From Vicugna vicugna (lineage: Eukaryota), in the NCBI GenBank assembly GCA_013265495.1, contig MU058423.1, positions 9,533,627 to 9,597,626 of the forward strand: a stretch of 64,000 bases of DNA, in the 5' to 3' direction. Below are positions 52,437 to 64,000 of this stretch, piece after piece. Below the pieces are notes generated by a model, which was given only the letters and a program-made list of their open reading frames with translations, made no database searches and was not told the origin of the DNA. Position 1 is the first letter of the stretch. Each line of letters starts with the position of its first letter. Both the position numbers and the translations under genes were made by a program.

Positions 52437-54334
52437 TTACACCAAGCCCCAAATTGCATGTTACAGCACACAAGTATTTGGAAACTGGTACAAAACACAA
52501 ACAAAATCAATGACATCTGTAAGCAGAGATCTTTCTACAGCACAATAATGTGTCCTGTAATAATAGGTTTGGGTCAACCAGTTAAACAGATTGTTACATA
52601 CATTAACTTGAGGGCAGATTCCTTCACACTCATCACTGTATCCCTCAGATTCTCAGACCAATGCGTTTCATGTAGAAGACATTTGATACATTTTTATTGA
52701 TTCTGTAAAGAAGCTAACCGTTGAAAATCATGTATGATTTTCATATCATTCAGTAGGAATTAATAACTCCACATTATTGGAATTTAATGCATTGATATAT
52801 GTACATCTTAATACATGCAATGTATATGCAATTTGTAGTTTTAAGATTTGTCACATCTAAATCATAACAAGCATCTGGGTAAAAGTGAAAAATGGAAAAA
52901 AAAATTCTAAGCCAAATGTTTGGAGGAGTATTTTGTGCTATGTGGAAACGGCCTGAAGTGCGATACTTTCATTTTTAAACCCCAAGCCCAAACCTACTAT
53001 CACCACTACAACCGTCTTTATAAATGGGCAAAACTAGCCACCCAGCATTCATCCGATAACCTCAATTAGACTAGATTTGAGAGTACAAATTGAAACAAGA
53101 AAGGAAACGCTCCAGGTGCTGGGAAACGGTATTGACATTGCTGCGACTCTGCTGTTTTAATTGTGCTGATAAAAAAATTCTAATAGGTCAAAAATTGAAA
53201 GCTCAATGAGATGAAAACAACCAGGAGCTGGAAAAGGAAGACAGGGGTGGGGAAGGCTGAGAGGTTAATGTCGACTTCCATCTAATTTAGGATTTGGATT
53301 AAGGAACAGAGAAGCTCAAACCTGCCTAAATCATGCTGCCATCTGTGACTCTGATGTGGCATTTGGAAGCGTAAAAGCACATGCTGGAAGATTACCAAGA
53401 CAAAGAACAATTCTGGAATCTCGGCATCGGATTTTCCTTCTGTGGCTAAAAGGCTGAGCTACTCCGGCAATATTTAGGTTCGTTTTCTGCTTCATCTGAG
53501 ATGCAAAGCATCTTTTTAAAGCACAGAGGTTGCATGCTCTGTAAGTAGGAACCTTCAGGGGTGAATCAGACATCACTTTCCAGACTTGTGCAGGAGTTGC
53601 ATCATTAAGAAATATGTGTTGGTAGTTATTGATTATGTAACAAAAGGGAGAACAAGGGAAATTAAAAATCTTGTTGAAGTGCCATTATACTTAATGAGTT
53701 CTGAGATGTTCTCTTTAGCCACAGTTCCCATGGAAATCATTTAATGCCGAGAGGGAGTTCATTGCACCAAGGGAGACGGCATGTTTTCGGACCATCTAAT
53801 AAGAGGAGCAAAACAAGAAGGGTCTGCATCTTTGAATAAAACATTTTGTATTACATGCACATCTGCATTTTCTCTTCCCAGAAGCTGGCTGAGGGCAGAA
53901 GACAGCATGGTTATTCTTTCAATTTTAAATTTTCATCCTATTTTGTATCCTTTACATACATGTTTCTAAAATCAGTTGATAAGGACAGAAATACACTTTT
54001 TTCAGAGATCAAAGGGAAATTAGGTGATACAAAAACATCCTAATGTAATAGTATTTTTGGTGAACTCCCTGGATTTTCAGGGGCTTCCCTTTAATTCAGT
54101 GTGAGGGCATCTCCTTTACCTCTCTGACCAGCATCCTGGTCCAGCAGGCATGGTCAATGTGTGACCGACATCAAGGACAGACAGTATGGCTGCCCTCTTC
54201 TCGCAGACGGCTTGCCACTCTTCCCCCGTGGCCAGCATTCAGTGCCGACTGCAGCCAGTGCTGCCCACGTTCAGTTGTCATCCTTCAGTGGCAGGCATGG
54301 CGAGCCTCGTGGTGAGGGACATTAACACGAACTT

Positions 54335-54495
54335 CCGAGCCCGAAGCTCTGGGTCCCAGGGCTGCCTTGGTCTCTCGTTAGTGACGAGGTTGTTGGCAAG
54401 TTACTGAACATCTCCATGCCTCAGTTTTCTCAGCTAAAGGACAGGGACAGAATCAGCTAACGGTTGTAAAAATTGAATAAGATGCTCAGCAGTGC
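54335..54495 (+). mobile_element. MIR
   Basis: ggcaagttactgaacatctccatgcctcagttttctca. Confidence 0.7.
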
Positions 54496-56244
54496 TAAGG
54501 CTGCCACCCTTTCCCGTCACTTAGCTGAACATACCATCCTTTGCCAAAAAATAGCCACTGTCATAGTATAAAAGGCCTCTTTTGATTTGGTGCCTACAGA
54601 GAGTTGACTCCTGTTTCCCGTGTGTCTCTCTCTCCTTTTTGAGTAACAGCGCTCTGCTGCTGTCACATTTTACTGCTCCAGATCCTGTGCTTTCCCTTGA
54701 GGAAACAACCCCTGCCTACCGTTCTAGCATGTGATGAATCCAGGCCTAAGAACATACATCGTTCCTCTGGCTGCCGTGTTGGGCTCAGACGGCCTGACCT
54801 GGTCTTTCAGCCAAAGCTGCAGGCAGGTGGGATGGTGTCGGCCCAAAAGTATCTCTCCTCTCCGAGCAGCTTGACCACGAGGAACACGGAGGGAAGCAGA
54901 GCCAAGGTCTGCTCTCAGTGACTTTATTTGCACTCCTCCACCCAGCGTGCTCAAAGCTAAACCCAGCATGCCCTGGGTTTTTCATCAAATGAGCCAAGAA
55001 ATTATGTTACGCTTTAGTAGGTTTGAAATTGGCACTTTCAGTGGAAAGAGTTTTGAGTAACACCTCCAAGGGTGGAGATCAATTGTAGGGGTGGGAAGCA
55101 AAATTTAAATTTGAGTAAGATCATTTTTCACTTGCAAACCTTCTCTAGGTTGTTCGTATACTGCATTCATTCTTTAATGCACTTAGGGCAACATAATCTA
55201 GGTTATTTAAAATTTTTCTTGTATGATGGTTACAATAAGAAGTGCAAAAGGGTGGTGAGTCAGGAAAAAAGAAACAGTACAGAGAACATTTGAAGCGGGT
55301 GCGGAAGAATTATGCCCCTCCCCCAGAAGAGAGCGCTGTGGCGGCCGGAGGGTGCGAGTTACAGAGAGAAGTGCGCATTTTGAAACCGAGGACAACACCT
55401 TCCTTAAGAGACAGACAAAAGCAAGTCAGGATTAAAGCCGCCTGCAGAGGACAGGTGGTTAACAGAAACGATCATCAGAGTGGCCAGCGCATGAGGACTG
55501 CGTATTGCCAACGTGGACTTGTCGAACGGCCCTGACATCGGTCCTGGAGGCGTCCCTCTCCACTGGGAAGGCAGCGGTAAGAGGGCACGTTGCTGTGCAA
55601 AGTGGACGACAAATTAATGGAGTTTGTTATTTCAGGGGTCTTATAAGCCAAATTAATAATGTGGAGAGGCTTTGATAAATTTATTATTGTCAGCTAAATA
55701 GTCACTTTTCGAAGGATAGAGGACAACTTGGGAAACACTCTCTAATATTTAATTTCCACAGGGTGCCGGGGCGGGCAGTGGAAAGACCCTCATGCCTCGT
55801 GGAGTTGTAAGTCTGGTTTAGCCTCTGTGAAACTGTGTGACCTTGAGCCCACTTGTCAATGTGGGGTCATAATACTGCTACCTGACATCATTGCAGGAGG
55901 CTCAAAATGCGTCATTATTTTAGTGCCTTTGAAAGACACTGAATTAAGTTGCAAAGTTCAAATACAAGTAAAAGACTGCTGTTATCATGGTTACTGGTAA
56001 CGCTCTGGGCTAAACCCCATAATCATCTTATTTCTCAGTCTTTTTCTTGTTGGATGGACCAGAGTTATTCGGCAAGTTACTCTCTCCTTGAAACCCTTCA
56101 CTTCATCACCAGCGTACTCCTACTAGTCTCTTTGCTGTTCCTTCTCTCTTCGATCCTTCAGTGTTGCAGGTGCCCCAGAGCTGAGTCCTCTTTTCTTTTC
56201 CGTCTTCTTCCTGTGGACCATTTCATTCAGATTAATGGATACAA

Positions 56245-56505
56245 AATATTGCAAGGAGACATGAAATTTTAGATAGGCCTCACTTTTGAGTAAAAACCTA
56301 CTGTCAGTGAAGGAGCTCACCATATCTAGGGGAAGAGCATTCCAGGCAGCAGAAACAAAGTGCAAAGGTCCTGAGGCAGAATTATGCCTGTTATAGCAGA
56401 GGAAGAACAAGGAGGCCAGCGTGGCTGGAGTGAAGTGAACAATGCGGCGGGTAGATGAGGACAGTACTTTCAGAGGTAACCGGGTCAGATCACCAAGTGT
56501 CAAAG
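56245..56505 (-). mobile_element. L2 fragment
   Basis: ggggaagagcattccaggcagcagaaacaaagtgcaaaggtcctgaggcag...gaacaaggaggccagcgtggctggag. Confidence 0.8.
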
Positions 56506-56561
56506 ACACATCAGTCGTTGTACTAAACTATTTCACTGTTTACCTTAAAGACACACAGTAA

Positions 56562-57072
56562 TGTTACTGAGTCCAAACTCGTTCGGCTCACAGCACGACA
56601 GGCCAATAAATCAGGAGGTAAGGTGTTGGGGTAAAGAATAACGGCTTTATTCGGAAAGCTGGTGGACTGAGAAGATGGCAGACTGACGTCCTTGAGAATC
56701 ATCGTCCCAGGTAGAATTCAGGCTCCTTTTATACTAAAAAGGGAAGGGGGTGTGCTTGGTTGTTGCAGACCTCCTGCTGTCAGAATCCTTTGTTCTTGCA
56801 GCTGTCCACGTAGGTCAGGTCAGGTCGTGGGGTCCCCGTTGACCTCAAACAAAACAAATGTTATTTTCTACTCTGCAACTTTTTATCTTCATATGAGTGG
56901 GAAAGTGTTCTACCCTTAAAGGTCAGAGCCTTGAGAATAGGCTCTCCTGTATATTCCAGGCTCGAGGCAACATTGTTTTGCAAAAGGTGCAGAACCAGCG
57001 TGACTAGGCCTGGGAAACAGAGCCAAAGGAGCAGATCTATCCTGAAGTCAGATTTGTTCTTTTCTGTTAACG
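56562..57072 (-). mobile_element. MER41-like (cetartiodactyl) ERV1 solo LTR
   Basis: tgttactgagtccaaactcg...gcacgacaggccaataaatc...gaagtcagatttgttc; on the minus strand TATAAAA (56733-56727) precedes AATAAA (56651-56646). Confidence 0.8.
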
Positions 57073-57908
57073 GTGCTTTAATCTTTGAACGGTTTCTATC
57101 AGTGTATAGCATTCAGGCAACACTTTTTATTATTAATTATATGAATATATTTTAGTGATCAAATACATTGCCAATCACTATTTTATATTATGCAGTTTTC
57201 TTGTTAGGCAGGTCAAAGGAAGCTTGTACGAACAGACGCAGTTGACACTTTTTCTGTAAAAAGCCTTCACCATTTGAATGTGTCAAAAAAAAAAAAAGAG
57301 AGAGAGAGAAAACACAAGACAGAAAGTCCAAAGAAACAATTTTTTCCTTAAATTGTTCTGTCATAATAACACACACACTTTCCTTTTTCCGACACAGATT
57401 TTTTTCTTCTAACAGCCTTTGCTTGTTTTGATTTTTATCAGATCTGATGATTTTCATTTTCCTCAAGTCTTTGTATGTGGGCCACATCCAAATGGGGAAT
57501 AATATGGTAAAGCTGTCCCTATTTGTGTTTTTAAATAAGTCCTTTGGGTAGGAAAATATTTTGGAATCAATATTTTAAAATGAGGGTGCAAATAGGATGT
57601 TAAGGGAAAAAAATATACTCTAGTGCTATTACATTTTAGTAAAAAATACAGACATTTTCAGCCATTCAGCTAGTTTTCAGAGCTACCCTCAGATCTGTAT
57701 GTCCCTGAAACTTTGCCATTCTCAACAATCACCATTACTCTTTCTTTGAACATATGTTTTCAAATTAAAGGGAACTCAGCCAGTAGCACCAGAACTGAGT
57801 GAGGGAGAGGGCGGGAGGGGAGGGCGGGGAGGCTTTGCATAATCCAGTATTTAACTTCTGTTGGGAACGTCAGTCCTCAGTCTGTGGCTAGACCTTCCTC
57901 ACAGCATC

Positions 57909-58025
57909 TGTTGTGGACTGCAGTGTGTCCCTGTAAAAGATAAGCTCAAGTCCTAACCCCTGGTGCCTGTGAAGGTGCCTGCCTTGGAATTAGGGTCTTT
58001 GCAGGTGTGTGTAAGTGGGGAGGGC
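57909..58025 (+). mobile_element. MLT1B/C-like LTR 5' fragment
   Basis: tgttgtggactgcagtgtgtccc...aagtcctaacccctggtgcctgtgaa...tagggtctttgcaggtgt. Confidence 0.75.
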
Positions 58026-58334
58026 GCTGGTGTTATGTCCCCCTCTGAGTCCGAGAGGCTGGGAGTCACACCAGCGTCCCAGGGCAGGAGGAGAGGGATG
58101 TCTCATCCCAAGCCGAGGAGGTGAATTTGCCTTCCTCCACCCTATTGTGCTCACTTCCTCGACAGGTGGGAGGATGCCCACCCACGCTGGTGAGGGCAAT
58201 CTTCACTCAGCTTACTGATTCAAATGCTAACCTGTTCCAGAGCCAGCCTCACAGACACACCCAGAAATGGTATCTTTTTACCAGGTATCCAGGCTCTTAG
58301 CACAGTCAAGTCGACACATAAAATTAACCATCCC
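58026..58334 (-). mobile_element. MLT2 (ERV-L LTR) 5' part
   Basis: ctcagcttactgattcaaatgctaa...ctcacagacacacccagaaat...cagtcaagtcgacacataaaattaaccat is the reverse complement of the MLT2 5' end. Confidence 0.85.
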
Positions 58335-58908
58335 CAAGGCATGGGGGAGAGGACACGTTCTGTTGTTTATGGTTAAACCTCTGTCTTTTAGTGGACCCCA
58401 GTTCCTGGGCTATGACCCGAATAAGTCTTTCTTAGCCTTTTTACCCTCTTAGGGAGGACAGAAAAGCCAGAGGAGGCTGGAGCAGGAAAAATGCCTTGCT
58501 CCAGGACAAATCTATTTGTAAATAAGAAAATGAGTATTCTTTGAATGCATATTTAATTCATACTAAAAGTGAATAAATTTCCTAATAAAAGGTGAAATAT
58601 TTGAAGTTAATTGTCACTGGCACCGGTTTTTCAAGCTTCCGTCTATGGTTATAACAAAGGGCAGAAGAAAGGGGAAATTTCGACACTACTCTGGGTTTGT
58701 TTTGTTTGGTGTTGATGCCTGTTCCTTGGGTTCAGAAACGTTGATGCTATAAAAAAAAAAAAGTCGACAGGATGAAATGCTTTGTGTAGGACTTAATATG
58801 TAGGTCTTAGATTTCACCTGAGGATAAGCTATGTCGACTGATGTGCCCCAAACCCCACATCTAACATGTGCTACGGGAAAGCTCCCTTTCGGGTTTCTGA
58901 ATTCCCAC

Positions 58909-59021
58909 TAGATAATCAGCCATCCCAGTTTGCATGGGACTCGGGGTTCTCTGGGGACGTGGGACTTCCAGTGCTCAAACCAAGAAGGCCTCAGGCAAAC
59001 CAGAAAGTGTTGGTCACAATC
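58909..59021. mobile_element. MER81-like hAT-Blackjack MITE
   Basis: catcccagtttgcatgggactcggggttctctggggacgtgggacttccagtgctcaaacc...ggcaaaccag...ttggtcac. Confidence 0.8.
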
Positions 59022-61519
59022 GTGGAGAATTTCACTTACTTGAAACTAAGTTTAAAAAAAGATAAAAAGATGAAAAAATTTCCCCTTTGCACTTACTATC
59101 TGTGTGCTGATTGCTTAGAGCATGCCCGGGTATGTAATGCAGCAGATTATAGGAAGATCAATTTGCTGGCAAACAGTTTATAAATTACTTCATTACTCAT
59201 ATCAGCATCATCTGAGATTCCTATCTGTCTGACTAAACTAAACAATAAAACAGACAGAAGCTTCTCTTGTCATGGGAACTGCACAAGAGCTGAGCCTCTC
59301 TGCCTACTGGCAACCTACGCCTGGGTGGGAGTTTGACGGCAGCTCTGAGTGAATCTTTCTTTCCTTTAGATGTTACCCAAATGAATCAGGAGTGGGAGGA
59401 AACAGGATGGGGCTGGAGGAAAAACATCTTGGCACAGCCAGACTTGGGAACAGCTCATCCTGTCTCTACTGTCACCTCCACTGCAACTGGATTGCTCTTT
59501 CCTTAATGTAGTAATGGATCGTGGTCACCGACATCTTCAAGCACCAAATAGCCCCAGACCTGGGTGCTCCATTTTTACCACTGGGATTAGAGCTTCAATT
59601 CCAAAGCTCCAGTTACAGATTAGGGCTATCTTGTCTCTTATTTCCCTCCAACCTAGGACCGAGGCACAGTGTTCTTGTAGGCAGTTCCTTCTCCAAAAAC
59701 ATGAAAGTCTTGCCCAAGACCCCCATCTTAGGACTTAGGACAAAGACTGCACGAAGACTGACACTGCCTATCACTCGTGAATGGCAGCTTGGAAGTGAAC
59801 ATCTCTTGGAGCCCTGATGGTCACAGATAATTTGACTGAAATCAGGCTGGACATGGGTCTACTGCTCCTGTACTGTATTGTATCTCACCTGCTGAAATTC
59901 TAGCATTTGTTTGAAACTCCCCTCTCATTCTCCTTGTCAGACGGAGGTCAGGTTTGTGTCAGACTAACCTCAGCAGGTGCCATGTGGCTGGGTGCACAGC
60001 TGTCAGAAGCCAGGCACAGAAACAGGAAGCAGTGTCCGGGGAGTCGTCTGAAGGTCAGTGACTGGGGCATGAGTCCAGGGGCTTAACGGAGGAGCAGACC
60101 TGATGTGTGGAGGCAGAATGGGATTAGGAAGTCATGGAGCAAGGTTGGAGGAACTGCTTAACTGGAGACAGCTGGGAGGAGCTTTGGAAGGGTGATGAGC
60201 AGACACACATTAGCTTTCATCCTGGGATGGCTCAGATGCATGAGGCTTGTTAAATTTAGTTAAGGAGGTTGCAATGAAATGACCATGGACTTGGCCTCAC
60301 AGTCAGGTCTGTTGCTGTCTCCTGCACATCCTTGACAAGTAATCCTGCTATAGGAAACTGGAAAGTCTTCCGAAGAACTGTAAAATTATTACAGATACTC
60401 TGTAACCAGCCAGAGTGACTCCCTCTCATCCAGATCTAGTTCTGTTACTGGCCTTTATCTAGATTGGTTTTGAGTCCTTTGGGAATATCTACTTAGATGA
60501 GTTTTCTCACTAAGGGTAGATCTTGACTCATTATTTAATGATTATTCAACCAACAGAGAGAAGTACTCTAAGATGGTAATTGCTGTGTTAGAGAAAGAAA
60601 AAAATGAGACTGCCTTAGGCCAGAAAAGGCAATTATTTCCACTTTTTACTTTTTGATGTAACAAATGAAAAATTTTAGAAAATTTTGCTTGAGTAATTTC
60701 TGTCCTTGGAACTGGGGTTTCTGGCTTGTTCTGAGACAAGGCAGTACTTTTGCCTTGTGGCCGTGAGGGTTTGGAGGGTGTCTGTTGATGGGAAAGTTCT
60801 TTTACTGAAATATCATGTCTCCAGCCATGACTTGTCCTTGGCTGCGCATAGCACAGGGCTATGTCTCTGAGGTGTACATTTGTCAGGAGACAAAATTCGG
60901 CTGGAGGCTTTCCCCAGGTGAGCAGCCATTTCAAGAAGCCCGATCTCTACCACTCTGGGGAGAATATTCTGCCTGTGCAGTCCCTGTTAGTTTGAAAAAA
61001 TGCCTCCGTGCGTCTCTACTGGACTAAATCATGGGCCCTCTGATATGACAGCTTAGTTTGTTTAGAACTTCACTGGAAACAAAAACACAGCTTTTCAAGG
61101 CTCTCTCTTCCAGAAATTCATTTCATCCAAAGTAAAAATGAAATTCTGAGCTGCCGTTAACGTGTGTTAACCCTTGTAGGACCAACGCAAATCTCAGAGT
61201 TCTATGTGAAAAGATTTCGGTCTTCAGAACTGACACGGGTGGAGAGTATGGCAGATGTGATGGTGTGTTGAAATGCTTCTTATTTGATGACTTAGGAGCG
61301 ATGACCACTCCCAGCCACTACCGGGGACAGTTGTGACGGCTCAGTACCCTGCCTCTTCTCCCCTCATTTTCATCTATTTTTGTAAACAAGTAAGATAGTT
61401 TTAAAACAAAAGAACACTGTGAAATAATTCAAACTCCTCATCTTTAAATATATTATGTCAAAACTAAGAGTTAATAGAATGGATCCAGTCAGTGAGTTTG
61501 AGAGGGAGGTGGCATGCGA

Positions 61520-61725
61520 TCACTAGTGGACACTTATGCGTGCTTATGTTGTGCTTGGTCTAAGCGCTTTGCATATATTCACTCATCTAATTTTTGTACC
61601 CATCATGCGAAATAGGTACCCTTATTATTTGAATTTTACAGGTGAGGGAATTGAGGCTTGGAGAGGTTAAGCAAGGTCCGAAGTTGCACACACACAGCTG
61701 CGGCTGCGAGGCTAACCCAGGAAGT
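61520..61725 (-). mobile_element. MIR
   Basis: ctaagcgctttgcatatatt...attttacaggtgagggaattgaggcttggagaggttaagcaa. Confidence 0.8.
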
Positions 61726-62524
61726 CTCTCTCTCTGGTTTACAGAAATCAACTGTGCATTTCCTTGTTGAAATCACTGGGAATCATTAAACAAATGACAT
61801 GAGGAAGATTATGTTTGTTAACTGGGCATGCTTGGGGCATTAATAACTGGTTTTATTTGTTTCCCACCAATTTCTTAATCATTTGGACGTGCTTTTGCCA
61901 ACTATTTTTGCAATTATCTCCCTCGGTGACTCTGGTTACCTCTACTCTTTGTTAATTGCCTTCTCCAATTCACATGATCTTGCCAGAGTGTTGACAGTCA
62001 TAGGTGCGAGAACAGAATGCCCTGACAGCTCTTCTAAATTCTAGTTCTCCCAACGCAGGGTCTAGTTGAATATTCTCTTTTTCCTGCTGACTGTCTTGTC
62101 GCTTCTCTAAAGGCCCTGATATTTATTCTTTACTGACAGACTCTCTGCAACCTGAAATCTATTTCTGGCCATCTCAAGCCTTTCTAACTTTCTCCTTCCA
62201 GCCTGACGATCCTTCTAATATCTGTCCTTTCTGCCTGTCCTCTGCAATGACTCATCCCGTTGCTTCCAGTCACCTCCACCTCTTATCTGGGTGAGCCTCG
62301 TTCCTCATCTCCAGCTATCTCTTTCTTTCCACCACACTCTGACCTTCTCTATGCATTATACTTAAGAACTGACCCTTCACTTACTCTTTGGTCAAATTAA
62401 TGCTTAACCTTTTCATCAAAAAAGAGCTTATGAACATAAATGTTTATAACCCTCTTCTGGTCTCTTCCTCTCCTACTTCTCAAAATATCTAGCACATCAC
62501 GTTGGAGGGCACTTCCAATTTAAT

Positions 62525-62725
62525 AAAAATGATAGCTTACTGTCCTATGCCAGACATATTAATTCATAATCATTGTTACAACACTCTGTTATTATTATTC
62601 TCAGTTTACAGATGAGAAAGCTGGGGGTTAGAGAAGCAAAGTAACTTGTTCAAGGTCACACAGCTACCAATTGATGGAGCTGGCTTATAAATATGGATAA
62701 GGTCTGTGTTTTTAACCCCTATAGT
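62525..62725 (-). mobile_element. MIR
   Basis: tttacagatgagaaagctg...aagtaacttgttcaaggtcacacagcta. Confidence 0.8.
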
Positions 62726-62749
62726 TTACGTTTAAAAGAAAGCAATATG

Positions 62750-63510
62750 GCTCCCTAGCCTCTGTGGTCCCATTGCAATAAATGTTATAGTTTCTATGTC
62801 AGTTAAAAAATAGGCTGATCAGTAATGCCAAGTGTGGAGATTGCTGCTTCCAAAACATTTAAAGGCCTTCTATGCATTGAATTTCCTAGCGATAATTGAC
62901 GTGCGATATAATAACTTGGCTCATTATGAAGACCTGCTGGCAAGTCTTAAGTCAGTGGACCCCAGAGAACTTCCTGGGAGTAGCAGACCCCAAATACCCT
63001 GTGCGGCTTATCTCCCTCCCTCTGGGCCATGTTTCGGTTGAGGCATAGGGAGGACTTGCCGTTTCTTTCTCATCAGATCTGATTAGCATGATGTCATCAA
63101 CATAGTACATCATGTGATGTGCTGCAGATTGTTCGGATGGTCCAAGTCTCTGCAGATTATGTTGCGATAGAGGACAGTAGAGTCAACATAGCCCTGTAGC
63201 AAGACTGTTCACTTGTCCATATCAGGTGAATGCAAGTACTTCTGATCTCCTTTTCTGGTGGATATTGAGTAGAACACATTCACCAAATGCATAGGCATAT
63301 ATGACATACCTGGGGCTGTATTAATATCTCTAGTAAAGATACCAGATCTGGTACAACAGCTTAACTGGGTTTGTGTTGGTCCACTGTCATCCATCAAGAT
63401 CCATCTGGTTTTTGCACAGGCCAGACTAATGAATTAAATGGGGACGTATGGGAATCAACACTCCTGCATCCTTTAAGTCTGACCGTGGCGATAATCCATT
63501 CTGCCCGATA
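62750..63510 (-). pseudogene. pol: ERV-L endogenous retrovirus pol (reverse transcriptase) relic with stops and frameshifts
   Basis: Manual minus-strand translation across frameshifts gives DLKDAGVLIP / TSPFNSLVWPVQKPDGS*WMTVD / AVVPDLVSLLE / INTAPG...LVNVFYSI / TVLLQGYVDS...ICRDLD / YYVDDIMLI (YVDD at 63104-63093) / GSATPRKFSGVH / FWKQQSPHL, colinear with ERV-L RT. Confidence 0.92.
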
Positions 63511-63547
63511 AAAGATCAGACTTGTTGCGGGGGGAGTTTCGCTGCCT

Positions 63548-63560
63548 CCACTAGATGTCA
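63548..63560 (+). promoter_or_regulatory. Candidate CTCF site
   Basis: CCACTAGATGTCA matches CCASYAGRKGGCR with one mismatch. Confidence 0.4.
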
Positions 63561-63654
63561 ACCTCTGATGTCAAACATTCAGAGAGGCTGTATTTTAATG
63601 GAAAATTCTTAAATATTAAATTACAACTTAAAGGTTGAGCAAAAAATATCAAAT

Positions 63655-63880
63655 TTATCCATTCATTAAACAAATTGTTGTATACCTACTAAGGCTTGGT
63701 GAAGTGTATGGATAATGCCTAGAATTGAGAAAACAATGAAGTCACCTGAAAGTATATATAAGAAGATATAAATGAGGTTAAATAAATGAAAATACGGTGA
63801 AGATATGGTGAAGAGCTTTAGAAGTCAGCAGAAGAACCATAGGAAGCACCCAGGAGTTGCTGGAGGGTCTTCATAAGGAA
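63655..63880 (-). mobile_element. L2 3' end
   Basis: ttatccattcattaaacaaattgttgtatacctact...gggtcttcataaggaa. Confidence 0.55.
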
Positions 63881-64000
63881 AGATAATATTAGGGAGTGTT
63901 TATTATAGCAATACTTAAAATTAATGAGCATTTATTATGGGTACTTTATTTATGTTTTCTCAGTTAATCCTTCATATAATCCAAAGAGTTGAATGCTATT

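Noticed and set aside
54545..54575. MEF2-like site plus TATAAAAG as a core promoter
   Set aside because: Isolated short motifs that are common in AT-rich DNA, with no supporting downstream exon structure.
56010..56505. Oppositely oriented L2 fragments as a dsRNA hairpin
   Set aside because: They derive from different parts of L2 and are not complementary to each other.
58310..58838. Three GTCGAC (SalI) sites in ~530 bp suggesting an engineered insert
   Set aside because: One site lies inside the MLT2, there is no vector or polylinker sequence, and the flanks look like natural genomic DNA.
58026..63510. MLT2 LTR and ERV-L pol as one provirus
   Set aside because: Strand and order fit, but there is no polypurine tract next to the LTR and the 4.4 kb between them holds MIRs and unique DNA with no recognisable integrase or dUTPase.
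1..64000. ORF-track entries as host genes
   Set aside because: All are short (<=144 aa) and many start at non-ATG codons. None resembles a host protein I recognise; those with homology are L1 ORF2 (40405-41211), antisense L1 (29.6-30.8 kb) or ERV-L relics.

Overview
This is repeat-rich, AT-rich mammalian non-coding DNA (intronic or intergenic). It is most likely camelid, based on a tRNA-derived vic-1-type SINE with TSDs plus a Tigger1a_Art-like MITE, artiodactyl-type L1 3' ends and a MER41-like LTR. I recognise no host protein-coding gene, rRNA, tRNA gene or CRISPR array; the listed ORFs are chance ORFs or L1/ERV relics. Much of the window is explained by MIR, L2, L3/CR1, L1, LTR and DNA-transposon fossils. 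The most notable items are a degraded ERV-L reverse transcriptase relic (62750-63510, minus), a three-level nested insertion MER5A>L1>L1 with both TSD pairs readable, a well-formed candidate 192-nt exon (22077-22268), a CpG-dense patch ending in a splice donor (55295-55610), a ~1 kb AT-rich segment bounded by degenerate inverted repeats, and a MER41-like solo LTR retaining TATA and polyA signals. I found no convincing evidence of a new biological system. Repeat subfamily names come from my recollection of consensus sequences, and most boundaries are approximate and need RepeatMasker/Dfam confirmation.
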